The notes: generated by a model from the sequence alone, not told the origin. A DNA stretch of 64,000 nucleotides from Candidatus Uhrbacteria bacterium RIFCSPLOWO2_01_FULL_47_25 (GCA_001791325.1 MGEK01000039.1:1175-65174); one strand, 5' to 3'; positions 26,539-35,912 are shown, numbered from the stretch's first letter. Numbers and translations: made by a program.

Positions 26539-27354
26539 ATGATAGATGCATATTTAAAAAGAACGGAAGACGAATTGAGATTGCGCAATTACAGCCCCAA
26601 GACTATAAAAAGCTACCTAGCCTGCCTCGCTGGTTACCTGCGCGCGAAGAAGAGCAATTTAGAATCCATTGACACTGATTTTATCAAGCGGTTTTTGTTG
26701 AGTAAAAAGGACGCGGGAAAATCCCCACGAACGATCAATCAGAGCTTGCAAGCAATTAATTTCTTCTGTCGCAATGTTTTAAAAAGTCATTGCGATATAG
26801 ATATTAAATTCGCCAAAACCCCTAGCAAGTTGCCGATAGTATTATCGCGCGATGAGATAAAGTTGATCATTGATTCCATTAGCAACGAGAAACATTGTTT
26901 AATGATCGCACTGGCTTATGCTGGTGGATTGCGGGTAAGCGAGATCATCAATCTAAGAATTAAAGATTTGAATATAAACGAGCTGACGATCCACATTAAA
27001 GGCGCCAAGGGGAATCGCGACCGTCTTACTATATTATCTGATAAGTATAAAAATAGGCTTGAAAAAATCATTATCGGCGGGAACCCCAATGATTATGTTT
27101 TCGCGAGCGAACGCGGCGGTAAACTAACAGAGCGCACGGCCCAAAAGATTTTTGAAAATGCGCGGCGAAAAGCGAATATAACCAAAGACGCGACGTTTCA
27201 CTCCTTGCGGCACAGTTTTGCCACCCATTTATTGGAGAACGGCGTGGATGTGCGCTATGTGCAGGAATTATTGGGGCATCAAAATATCAGAACGACCCAG
27301 CTTTACACGCAAGTCACGAATCCACAGCTTAAAAATATCAAGAGTCCGCTATAA
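26539..27354 (+). CDS. tyrosine site-specific recombinase (Xer-like; no IntI-specific insertion)
   Basis: Catalytic residues are present: R in LAYAGGLRVSE, K in KGAKGNRDR, HxxR in HSLRHSFATHLL, H in LLGH, and the Y nucleophile in TTQLYTQV. The spacing between the catalytic K and the HxxR box is ~64 aa, so the ~35-aa IntI-specific insertion is absent. Confidence 0.85.
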   Translation: MIDAYLKRTEDELRLRNYSPKTIKSYLACLAGYLRAKKSNLESIDTDFIKRFLLSKKDAGKSPRTINQSLQAINFFCRNVLKSHCDIDIKFAKTPSKLPIVLSRDEIKLIIDSISNEKHCLMIALAYAGGLRVSEIINLRIKDLNINELTIHIKGAKGNRDRLTILSDKYKNRLEKIIIGGNPNDYVFASERGGKLTERTAQKIFENARRKANITKDATFHSLRHSFATHLLENGVDVRYVQELLGHQNIRTTQLYTQVTNPQLKNIKSPL

Positions 27355-27458
27355 TGATAAAAGTTACGGCGAGCCAAAAATATCATTAAACAACTGGAAC
27401 TGTAAACTGTTACCTATGCAAATTTCCTCAAATATCAAAAATATGATATAATAACTGC

Positions 27459-29201
27459 ATGTTTACACAGCGACAACTTGAACACATTTTAATTGGTTCT
27501 AAGACCTTCTCTCCTGAAGATTTTAAGAAGCACGTAGCGGCGGCGGAAGCCAAAAAACAAGAGATGGAAGACTATTTGACTTCCGAACACATCCTCTCGG
27601 AGGATAATTTATATGAAACAGCGGCCAGTCTTTTTCAGTTGCCATTTGTTAAAATTAAAAATCAACCGATCAGAAAAGACGTTTTATTCCTGATCCCAGA
27701 GCCGCTCGCTCAACATTACCAAATAGCAGCCATTGACACAGAAGGTGATAATATTTTAAAAATCATAACCACTGACCCAGAAAATTTACAAGCCTTTGAA
27801 TTTCTCAAAAAAAAGACTGGCCGCGACCTTTCCATATCCATTACCACGCCGAGCGCCTTCAAAGAAATAATGAAGCAATACCACAAGAGCCTGCAGGCAG
27901 AATTTCAGGCATTCACTAACATTGACAAGGCCAAAAGTGAAGGAAAGGCCGGTGGAGAAAAAAATCTTCAGGAATTGGCTGAAGATCTCCCGATCATACG
28001 CATCGTTGATACAATGATGGAATACGCAATTTTTGAAGGAGCGTCAGATATACATATTGAGCCGGAAGAACAGCAAATTGACATACGCTACCGCCTTGAT
28101 GGAATACTAAAAAGCGTAATGACGCTTCCCAAGGCGGTACAATCTGGCGTTATAGCCAGAATTAAGGTTTTATCAAATCTAAAGCTGGATGAACATCGTT
28201 TGCCCCAAGATGGACGCTTTAAAATACAAACGCGCGATTACAACATTGCTTTTAGGGTTTCTATAATCCCCGCTTTTGATGGTGAAAAGATAGTGCTGCG
28301 TTTGCTCAATGAAAGCGCACAAGTGCGTTCACTTGAACAAATTAGCATGCAGTCTAATCAATTCGCGATTCTCAAAAAAAATATTCACAAACCGCACGGC
28401 ATGATTCTGGTCACCGGTCCCACTGGTTCGGGAAAAACAACTACTCTCTATACGATCCTGAATGTTCTCAACGTTCCTGAAGTCAATATTTCAACCATTG
28501 AAGACCCCATTGAATACCGCATGCCGCACGTCAATCAAAGCCAAGTTAATCCCAAAATAGGCTACACTTTTTCTATCGGCCTAAGAGCGCTCCTGCGTCA
28601 AGATCCTAATATTATCATGGTTGGTGAAATACGCGATACGGAAACCGCCGAAATAGCGGTGAACGCCGCCATGACCGGACACCTCTTATTGTCCACCCTG
28701 CACACCAATGACGCCGTGACGGCCATTCCACGACTTTTCGATATGGGCATTCCTCCGTTCCTGGTGGCCTCCACAACCAATATGATTATGGCCCAACGGC
28801 TAGTTCGCAAAATCTGCCCCTATTGCATTACCAGCTATAATCTTGGCAAGGCGGCGCTTGAAGAATTAACCCGCCAATTTGATCTCAAAACTATCTTGGG
28901 CATGCTTATTCAACAAGGCAGTGTCACAAAAAACATAAAATCATTTGAGACTCTTCTATTTTACAGGGGCAAGGGCTGCAAACAATGCAACAATGACGGC
29001 TATCGTGGCCGAGCCGGCATCTATGAAGTGTTGGATATCTCTAAGGAATTAAACGATGCCATTGTCAAAAAAGCCACTCGCGAAGACTTAATGACCATTG
29101 CCCGACAACAAGGCATGCTCACAATGGTTGAAGACGGATTCCTGAAGGCCAAGGCTGGCATCACAACAATTGAGGAAGTGCTTCGCGTTACGCAGGAATA
29201 G
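27459..29201 (+). CDS. pilB: type IV pilus assembly / type II secretion ATPase PilB/GspE
   Basis: Walker A GPTGSGKTTTLY, Asp/His boxes, and the C-terminal tetracysteine motif (CPYC...CKQC). Confidence 0.9.
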   Translation: MFTQRQLEHILIGSKTFSPEDFKKHVAAAEAKKQEMEDYLTSEHILSEDNLYETAASLFQLPFVKIKNQPIRKDVLFLIPEPLAQHYQIAAIDTEGDNILKIITTDPENLQAFEFLKKKTGRDLSISITTPSAFKEIMKQYHKSLQAEFQAFTNIDKAKSEGKAGGEKNLQELAEDLPIIRIVDTMMEYAIFEGASDIHIEPEEQQIDIRYRLDGILKSVMTLPKAVQSGVIARIKVLSNLKLDEHRLPQDGRFKIQTRDYNIAFRVSIIPAFDGEKIVLRLLNESAQVRSLEQISMQSNQFAILKKNIHKPHGMILVTGPTGSGKTTTLYTILNVLNVPEVNISTIEDPIEYRMPHVNQSQVNPKIGYTFSIGLRALLRQDPNIIMVGEIRDTETAEIAVNAAMTGHLLLSTLHTNDAVTAIPRLFDMGIPPFLVASTTNMIMAQRLVRKICPYCITSYNLGKAALEELTRQFDLKTILGMLIQQGSVTKNIKSFETLLFYRGKGCKQCNNDGYRGRAGIYEVLDISKELNDAIVKKATREDLMTIARQQGMLTMVEDGFLKAKAGITTIEEVLRVTQE

Positions 29202-29207
29202 TTCTCT

Positions 29208-30290
29208 ATGCCCATTTTAACCATGCCGTCTATTAATTTTCGCATTTTAAAAAGACGAGTTAAGACGACACAAAAAATATTCTTGATGCAGCAAATGCGG
29301 ATTATGGCCAGGGCTGGCGTACCCCTGACCACCACCATCCGAACCCTGCAAGCCCAAACTGGCTCTCGCCGTCTCAAAACAATTCTCACTAATGTCGCTG
29401 ATAAGATAGAAAAGGGGCAAACTCTGTCGCAAGCTCTATTGCCATATATCTCTGATTTTGGTGAATTGATGATCAATATGATCGCCGCCGGCGAGGCCAG
29501 TGGTCGTCTGGAGGAAGTATTTGGACAAATTTATTTACAAATGAAAAAAGATCATGAAATCATCTCGCGAGTACGCGGAGCTCTTATGTATCCAGCCATT
29601 GTAGTATTAGCCATGATCGGCATCGGTATAGGCATGATTGTTTTTGTGATTCCTAAATTAACGGATATTTTTAAAGAATCTAATGTTGCCCTACCCTTGC
29701 CGACAGTCATTCTAATATCCGTGAGTGATTTTATTGTGAACAATGGCTTGCTGGTAGGCATTGGCACAGTCGCTATAATCAGTGCGTTCATCTGGACCAT
29801 TCATCGTCCAAAAGGAAAATACGTTTGGCATTGGTTTTTGCTAAGGTTACCCATTGTGGGTTCAATTATACAAGAAATTAATTTGGCTCGCTTTGCCCGA
29901 ACAACTAGCTCTTTTTTAAAAACTGACATTCCTATAGTCAAAACTTTGACAACTACCGCTCATGTTTTGAGCAATGTTCATTACCAAAATGCCTTGTTGG
30001 CCGCCTCTGAACGCATCGTTAAGGGAGTCACTTTAAAAGAGGCGCTGGAACCATACCCAAATTTATTTAATCCAACTATAATGCAGATGATCGCAGTGGG
30101 TGAACAATCCGGATCATTGGATGATATTCTTGCTGAAGCGGCGGAATTTTATGAAACAGAAGTGTCGCAAACTATGACTACCCTCCCCTCCCTCCTTGAA
30201 CCGGTCTTAATGGTGATATTGGGCATTGGAGTAGGCGGCATGGCCGTAGCCATTATGATGCCCCTTTATACTCTGACTCAAGCTTTTTAA
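29208..30290 (+). CDS. pilC: type IV pilus inner-membrane platform protein PilC/GspF
   Basis: 360 aa with two T2SS-F repeats and three TM segments, immediately downstream of pilB. Confidence 0.85.
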   Translation: MPILTMPSINFRILKRRVKTTQKIFLMQQMRIMARAGVPLTTTIRTLQAQTGSRRLKTILTNVADKIEKGQTLSQALLPYISDFGELMINMIAAGEASGRLEEVFGQIYLQMKKDHEIISRVRGALMYPAIVVLAMIGIGIGMIVFVIPKLTDIFKESNVALPLPTVILISVSDFIVNNGLLVGIGTVAIISAFIWTIHRPKGKYVWHWFLLRLPIVGSIIQEINLARFARTTSSFLKTDIPIVKTLTTTAHVLSNVHYQNALLAASERIVKGVTLKEALEPYPNLFNPTIMQMIAVGEQSGSLDDILAEAAEFYETEVSQTMTTLPSLLEPVLMVILGIGVGGMAVAIMMPLYTLTQAF

Positions 30291-30295
30291 ACGAT

Positions 30296-31351
30296 ATGTT
30301 GTTCGCCCTAAAAAATGCACCCATAGCGTTTGGCCTTGATATTTCAGACACCACGGTCAAAATTGCCCAGTTGCGTCGCTCTGGACGATCTTTTGTTGCC
30401 GAACTTATAAAAGAAATTATTATTCCTCAAGGACTTGTTAAAAACGGAGAGATACAAAATGTCCAACAACTGGCATCGGAATTAACAAAATTACTTTCTC
30501 CGTTCAGAAAACAACTCACAGATGGGGTGATAGCCTCTTTGCCAGAATCAAAAACATTCATTCAAACAATCATCATTCCCAAGGGCAATGAATCAACTCT
30601 GCCCGTGCAACTAGCGGAATCTCTGCCGGAATACTTGCCTCTGCCGCTTGAAGAAATGTACCAAGATAACGCAATGATTAGTGAAACAAATAATAATTGG
30701 CAAATTGTTATTGGCGCAGCTCCCAAAACAATCGTTGATAACTATATTCAGCTACTGGAAAGTATGCATTTAATTCCGGTTGCTTTAGATATTCAAGCCA
30801 TGGCCATGGCCAGAACATTGCTGCCCGTCAAGGAGCCGCAATACCGCACACGGGCCATAATAGATATTGGACGGCATCACGCTAGTCTCATCGTACATGA
30901 CCAGAATACAATCCAGTTTACTATGAGCCTGCCAATCTCGGGCGATCAAATTACAGACAACATCGCCAAGGAGTTAAATTTATCCAGCGATCAGGCCGAA
31001 AAAGCAAAAATTATTTGCGGCCTTGACCCAAATAAATGTGAGGGTGTCCTGCGCACCGTACTGGAAGGTATAATTGACAACCTTGTTAAAAAAATCAGCG
31101 AGGCGCTAGATTTTTATCAAGATCACTTTATAAATTCGCGCGACATTGAAGAAATAATTCTCACCGGAGGAGGCGCTTACTTATTAAATCTTGATCAAGT
31201 GCTTTCGGAAATTCTTAGAGTGCCCACAAAATTGGGTGATCCCTGGGAAAATACGCATATCACGTCATTCCCCAACCTAAAGGCGCCGCTGCAATATTCC
31301 ACGGTTATTGGCTTGGCCTTAAGGGGAGCTAATGGAGAAGAGACTGTATGA
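30296..31351 (+). CDS. pilM: type IV pilus assembly protein PilM (actin-like ATPase fold)
   Basis: 351 aa; FGLDISDTTVKIAQL N-terminus typical of PilM; position in the operon. Confidence 0.75.
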   Translation: MLFALKNAPIAFGLDISDTTVKIAQLRRSGRSFVAELIKEIIIPQGLVKNGEIQNVQQLASELTKLLSPFRKQLTDGVIASLPESKTFIQTIIIPKGNESTLPVQLAESLPEYLPLPLEEMYQDNAMISETNNNWQIVIGAAPKTIVDNYIQLLESMHLIPVALDIQAMAMARTLLPVKEPQYRTRAIIDIGRHHASLIVHDQNTIQFTMSLPISGDQITDNIAKELNLSSDQAEKAKIICGLDPNKCEGVLRTVLEGIIDNLVKKISEALDFYQDHFINSRDIEEIILTGGGAYLLNLDQVLSEILRVPTKLGDPWENTHITSFPNLKAPLQYSTVIGLALRGANGEETV

Positions 31352-31893
31352 AGAATCTAAATCTTATTCCGCCAGCCTTTAAAGACCGACTGCGCTTACG
31401 ACGCGTCTACGCCCTGTTGCGAGAAATGATAATGGCCATAATGCTTTACACAATTTTTCTTGGCATCACGCTGCTGATTGCCCGTCTTGTGCTCGTCAAT
31501 AATTTTACCCGTATTGTTAATGAGACTACGCTGGTAACAAGAGAGAATCGCGCAGTTGAACAGCAAATAGCAAATATGAACAAACAAATCAGCGCGGCTC
31601 AAACAATCCAAAAAACGGTTGTTCCGTGGGCGGAATTTCTGGTCGCTTTTTCAAAAATCGTGCCCGAAGGCGTGGTAATTAATTCTATGCAACTGGAGAC
31701 GGATGCCAATGAGCGCTCAACCATTAATGGCAAAGCTAGTACCAGAGAAGCTCTCTTGGACTTTGAAAGTAAATTAGTAGAAACTCCCTTCATAGAAAAG
31801 GTTAATTTACCGTTTAAAAACAAGCTAGATAAAACAAACGCTTATTTTACCATTACCTTAAGCGTGAGATTTGAAAAGGTTCCATTATTTTGA
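31348..31893 (+). CDS. pilN: PilN-like fimbrial assembly protein
   Basis: Single N-terminal TM followed by a coiled-coil; overlaps the pilM stop by 4 nt. Confidence 0.55.
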   Translation: MKNLNLIPPAFKDRLRLRRVYALLREMIMAIMLYTIFLGITLLIARLVLVNNFTRIVNETTLVTRENRAVEQQIANMNKQISAAQTIQKTVVPWAEFLVAFSKIVPEGVVINSMQLETDANERSTINGKASTREALLDFESKLVETPFIEKVNLPFKNKLDKTNAYFTITLSVRFEKVPLF

Positions 31894-31902
31894 TTTAGCG
31901 TC

Positions 31903-32466
31903 ATGACCATACAACGCGTCCCATTTTTAATAATAGTTTTTCTTGTCATCATTGTGGTGGTGCCATTAGGTATTATTTGGCCAAGCGTGAAACAAATTCG
32001 CTCAACCAGCCAAATGATTTATCAAGAATACCAATTTTTAGAGGATCGCAGTCAGCGCAGCAAAAACATCAAGCAGGCCAAAAAAGAATATGAGGAATTG
32101 CGTACGCATCTGCCAGCTTTAAGAGCCCTGGCAATTGAGCCCAATGAAGAGCTGAAATTTATTACCGCCGTTGAGGCTTTGGCCGAAGCAAATCGCGTGA
32201 CCGAAAAAATCAATCTTGATGTTGATAAACCAAGGCCAGCCGGCAATTACAACGCTCTGCCCATGGAACTGACTATCAGCGGCTCATACCGCGATGTTGT
32301 CAAATACTTGGCCGCCCTGCGTAATATCCAAATAGTAACAACCTTGAGTAACATTTCGCTTGTCAGTGGACGGACGACAGACGCGCTCGGCGTCATCGGT
32401 CAAAACTCCGACATCAAGATTGAAGCCCGCCTCACTGGCGTTGTTTACGAACACAAAAACAATTAA
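31903..32466 (+). CDS. pilO: PilO-like pilus assembly protein
   Basis: N-terminal TM, coiled-coil segment, and position after pilN. Confidence 0.5.
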   Translation: MTIQRVPFLIIVFLVIIVVVPLGIIWPSVKQIRSTSQMIYQEYQFLEDRSQRSKNIKQAKKEYEELRTHLPALRALAIEPNEELKFITAVEALAEANRVTEKINLDVDKPRPAGNYNALPMELTISGSYRDVVKYLAALRNIQIVTTLSNISLVSGRTTDALGVIGQNSDIKIEARLTGVVYEHKNN

Positions 32467-32469
32467 TTT

Positions 32470-32832
32470 ATGCCCAATCAAGCAAATTTTTCCGTTATCT
32501 TGGCAGTTCGCTACGCCAAAATTACAATCGCTCTTTTGATGCTGGTGGGTGTTATCTGGGTTGCTTTTTTTCTTTACGACAATTTGTATAAACCAATAAC
32601 TCAAGCTATGGTCACTGCCGAACTAAAGGCAAAGGTAGTTCTTACTAATGTAAATAAAAAAGAGCTGACTGAGGTAATAGACTTAATTGAGAAAAACACA
32701 AAATTGCCCACCCTTGACTGGTCGTCATTGGCGGATCCATTTGCCGGCAACCGTCTGCCGCCATCTTCGTCGAGCTCCTCAACTAATAATAAAGCGCCCA
32801 CTACTTCGCCAGCAGTTACGGCACCGCAATAA
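32470..32832 (+). CDS. hypothetical membrane protein (pilus-operon associated)
   Basis: N-terminal TM helix and a Ser/Thr-rich C-terminus; last gene of the pil operon. Confidence 0.3.
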   Translation: MPNQANFSVILAVRYAKITIALLMLVGVIWVAFFLYDNLYKPITQAMVTAELKAKVVLTNVNKKELTEVIDLIEKNTKLPTLDWSSLADPFAGNRLPPSSSSSSTNNKAPTTSPAVTAPQ

Positions 32833-33052
32833 CTTCTTGAACCTCTGACAGATGTTCTTTGAGAGTTGCCTCAACTCCCATTTTAAGCGTTAACTCGGCA
32901 AAACCGCATCCCCGGCACATACCCTTGAACCGCACTTCAACCACCCCAGTTTTTTCATCAAAACTGACAAACTCAATATCTCCACGATCGCGAAGAAATG
33001 CCGGCCGCATGTCTGCCATCAATTCCTGAATTTTAACAACCGTATTATCCAT
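32816..33052 (-). CDS. NifU-like Fe-S cluster scaffold domain protein (Nfu-type)
   Basis: 78 aa with the GMCRGCGFAELTLKMGVE CxxC motif of NifU C-terminal domains. Confidence 0.7.
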   Translation of the reverse strand: MDNTVVKIQELMADMRPAFLRDRGDIEFVSFDEKTGVVEVRFKGMCRGCGFAELTLKMGVEATLKEHLSEVQEVIAVP

Positions 33053-33127
33053 AGCTATTGACTAAATATATCAATAAAAATATAATATTGCTAATCAGCT
33101 AATAAGCTAATCCCTAATTCCTAACTT

Positions 33128-33412
33128 ATGGCCCATAAAAAAGCGGGCGGCTCCACAGCCCTCGGGCGAGAATCTCAATCAAAACGATTGGGCGTCAAAA
33201 TTACGCACGGCGGCTATGCCAAAGCCGGCAGTATTATTGTGCGCCAGCGAGGCACGAAATTTCGCCCTAGCGATAATGTCGGCCGCGGTAGTGATGATAC
33301 ACTCTTTGCTCTGACAACTGGCGTTGTTCAATTTGCCACCAAAAAAGTCCGCCGCTACACCGGTGTCCTAAAACCAGCAACATACGTGAGCGTCGCACCG
33401 ACTGTGAGTTAA
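33128..33412 (+). CDS. rpmA: 50S ribosomal protein L27
   Basis: [10 protein letters not shown]...KRLGVK...[12 protein letters not shown] matches the L27 consensus. Confidence 0.9.
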   Translation: MAHKKAGGSTALGRESQSKRLGVKITHGGYAKAGSIIVRQRGTKFRPSDNVGRGSDDTLFALTTGVVQFATKKVRRYTGVLKPATYVSVAPTVS

Positions 33413-33499
33413 ACAATAAAATGAGGGGGTCGCCACCGCAACCCCCTTGAGCTAGTCTTCTACCGTGACTCAATCGTCACGGTAATGGTCGGCGCTGTA

Positions 33500-33679
33500 T
33501 CAGTAGTCGTAGTTGACGTAGACTATGTGACGGCGCAAAACGTAACGCCAGATGAGCATTACCATGGCGACGCCGCAGATGACGAGGTCAACGACAAGAC
33601 GCCCTCCCGTCAAAAGATCGGCGACCAAGGACAGCCACCCGAACGCCAAGACAATCCACGGAATAAATCTGAAAAACAT
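33500..33679 (-). CDS. possible 59-aa two-TM small membrane protein (below the ORF-track threshold)
   Basis: Translation by eye: MFFRFIPWIVLAFGWLSLVADLLTGGRLVVDLVICGVAMVMLIWRYVLRRHIVYVNYDY. It is antisense to track ORF 33485..33700 and GC-rich, with no RBS checked. Confidence 0.2.
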   Translation of the reverse strand: MFFRFIPWIVLAFGWLSLVADLLTGGRLVVDLVICGVAMVMLIWRYVLRRHIVYVNYDY

Positions 33680-33796
33680 CGTTCGCCCCTCCTGTTTTAG
33701 ACCAGGTTATCAAATAATCGACCCTCCTTGCAGGTAAAACTACACCCGTCCTCTGATAGGTGCAAGAGCAAACTCACCTTACTACACGAGTTTTAG

Positions 33797-35425
33797 CTAG
33801 TCTTTCTGTCGTTTTGTTGATGCCGCTTTAGCAAACGCCAAAAATAACGGATGCGGCGCGAGGGGCCGAGACTTAAATTCGGGATGAAACTGAACGCCAA
33901 CAAAGAATGGGTGGTCTTTAAGCTCAATAATCTCCACGAGCTCTCCATCGGGCGAGGTGCCAGAAAAACGCATTCCTTTTTTCTCAAAGCGCGCGCGATA
34001 ATCATTGTTAAACTCGTAGCGATGGCGATGACGTTCTGAAACTCTAGTGACGCCATAAGCCTTGGCCACAAGCGAATCTTTTTCCAGCTTGGCCGGATAA
34101 GCCCCCAGCCGCATAGTGGCGCCATAAAGTTTGCGAGCAAGGTGCTTTAATTGTTCGGGCATCAAATGAATAACCGGGTACCTGGTTTTAGGATTAATTT
34201 CAGTAGTATGCGCGTCTTTAAGGCCGCAAACATTACGGGCAAACTCCACTGCCGCGAGCTGCATGCCATAGCAGAGCCCAAAATATGGAATTTTTTTCTC
34301 CCGCGCGTACTGAATAGCTCTAATTTTGCCTTCTATTCCCCTACTACCAAAACCACCGGGCACAATAATACCCTGAAAATTATCAAGCTCTTTCAGAGCC
34401 CGGCGATCTTTCTCATAGGCTTCGGAATTTAGCCAGGTAATCTCCGGCCGGCGGCCCAGAGCGGCCGCGGCGTGACGAATTGATTCAATGACAGAGATAT
34501 ATGAGTCAGCCAGCGTAAAGTCCCCTGTGCCAAAATATTTGCCAACAATACCTATTTTTAAGGGCTCGGCCGCTCCTCTAATGCGGCGAGCAAGCTTTTG
34601 CCAATTTTTAAGATCACGCTCTCTGGGCTTTAAGAAAAGTTTTTTCAAAAGTTTGTCCGAAAGATTTTCGCGTTCAAAATTAATTGGAATTTCATAAATT
34701 GACTCAACGTCAGACGCCGAAATTATTGCCCATTCCTCAAGACCACAGTTAATGGCTAGCTTACGGCGGCGAGGCGCGTCAATTGGTCGCTCGGCCCGGC
34801 AAAGAATAAAATCAGCCTGCAACCCGGCGGCATTGAGCGAGCGAGCCGCGTATTGGGTGGGCTTGGTCTTCATCTCGCCAACAGATTTTGGTATTGGCAA
34901 ATAACTCACTAAAACAAGAGCAACATCCTCGGGATGTTTCAGCTTCATCATACGAATAGCTTCCAGAAAAAGAATGTTTTGATATTCCCCCACCGTGCCG
35001 CCGATCTCTATGATGACTACCTCTGCCTTACCCTTGCGAGCGGCTATATTAATGCGGCGAATAATCTCGTTCGGAATATCAGGAACTACTTCCACGTTTG
35101 CTCCGGCAAACTCAAGATTACGCTCTCGCTCAATAATGCTTTGATAAACCTGGCCGGTAGTAATGTAATTATCGCGAGTGGTCGTAATATCGGTGAAACG
35201 TTCATAGTTGCCTAAATCCTGATCTGCTTCTATTCCATCTTCGCCTACAAAAACCTCGCCATGTTCGGTCGGCCTCATAGTTCCGGCGTCAATGTTGACG
35301 TACATATCACACTTAACAAGCTGAACGCGATAACCGCGGCTCTGCAGAATGCGACCAATAGAGGCGGTGGAGACGCCCTTGCCAACGCTAGACATCACTC
35401 CGCCAGTAACAAAAATGTACTTCAT
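33797..35425 (-). CDS. pyrG: CTP synthase
   Basis: MKYIFVTGGVMSSVGKG synthetase N-terminus and a GATase C-domain (GLCYGMQL, HPEF). The track ORF extends 49 codons upstream, so the start is set at MKYIF. Confidence 0.9.
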   Translation of the reverse strand: MKYIFVTGGVMSSVGKGVSTASIGRILQSRGYRVQLVKCDMYVNIDAGTMRPTEHGEVFVGEDGIEADQDLGNYERFTDITTTRDNYITTGQVYQSIIERERNLEFAGANVEVVPDIPNEIIRRINIAARKGKAEVVIIEIGGTVGEYQNILFLEAIRMMKLKHPEDVALVLVSYLPIPKSVGEMKTKPTQYAARSLNAAGLQADFILCRAERPIDAPRRRKLAINCGLEEWAIISASDVESIYEIPINFERENLSDKLLKKLFLKPRERDLKNWQKLARRIRGAAEPLKIGIVGKYFGTGDFTLADSYISVIESIRHAAAALGRRPEITWLNSEAYEKDRRALKELDNFQGIIVPGGFGSRGIEGKIRAIQYAREKKIPYFGLCYGMQLAAVEFARNVCGLKDAHTTEINPKTRYPVIHLMPEQLKHLARKLYGATMRLGAYPAKLEKDSLVAKAYGVTRVSERHRHRYEFNNDYRARFEKKGMRFSGTSPDGELVEIIELKDHPFFVGVQFHPEFKSRPLAPHPLFLAFAKAASTKRQKD

Positions 35426-35459
35426 AGATAACTCAAAATTCAAAAGGCAAAATTCAAAA

Positions 35460-35912
35460 CTAATGATCGCGCAAAGGAATAATGGAAATCGTAATGACGG
35501 CTCGTTTCTGATCGCCAAAATCAATGGCGACCTTGTGGTCACCAGTGTGTTTGAGGGGCTGGGGTAATTCAATCATACTTGGCTGAATTTCATATCCCTT
35601 AGTCTTGAGTATATCAGAGATGGCGGAGGCCGTCACGCCAGCAAACAAAGTCCCTTGCGCGTTGGCCATGGCCTTAAGCGTGAATAGCCTGCCATCTAGC
35701 GCCTGTTTAGTTTGTTTGGCTGACAACAATGATTTACGCGCCAACCGTTCTTGCCGTGATTTATCAGACTGGAGTTCCACCAGCCTCTGTTGAGTTACCA
35801 ATGAGGCCAGCTGGTTTGGCAGTAAATAATTTCTGGCATAGCCATCGGATACGTCTTTAACTTCGCCGGCCTGCCCAAGCTTTGACACTGATTTTAATAA
35901 AATCACTTTCAT
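35460..35912 (-). CDS. rplI: 50S ribosomal protein L9
   Basis: MKVILLKSVSKLGQAGEVKDVSDGYARNYLLP matches the L9 N-domain. Confidence 0.85.
   Translation of the reverse strand: MKVILLKSVSKLGQAGEVKDVSDGYARNYLLPNQLASLVTQQRLVELQSDKSRQERLARKSLLSAKQTKQALDGRLFTLKAMANAQGTLFAGVTASAISDILKTKGYEIQPSMIELPQPLKHTGDHKVAIDFGDQKRAVITISIIPLRDH

Noticed and set aside
15750-26540. A CRISPR array or tandem satellite as the explanation for the repeats.
   Set aside because: The copies are not short identical direct repeats with uniform spacers. They are long, modular, internally palindromic, separated by whole genes, and no cas genes are present.
33485-33700. 71-aa plus-strand ORF in the rpmA–pyrG spacer.
   Set aside because: Asp/Gly/Pro-rich low-complexity translation. 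The opposite strand gives a more protein-like hydrophobic 59-aa frame, so the plus frame was not called as a CDS.
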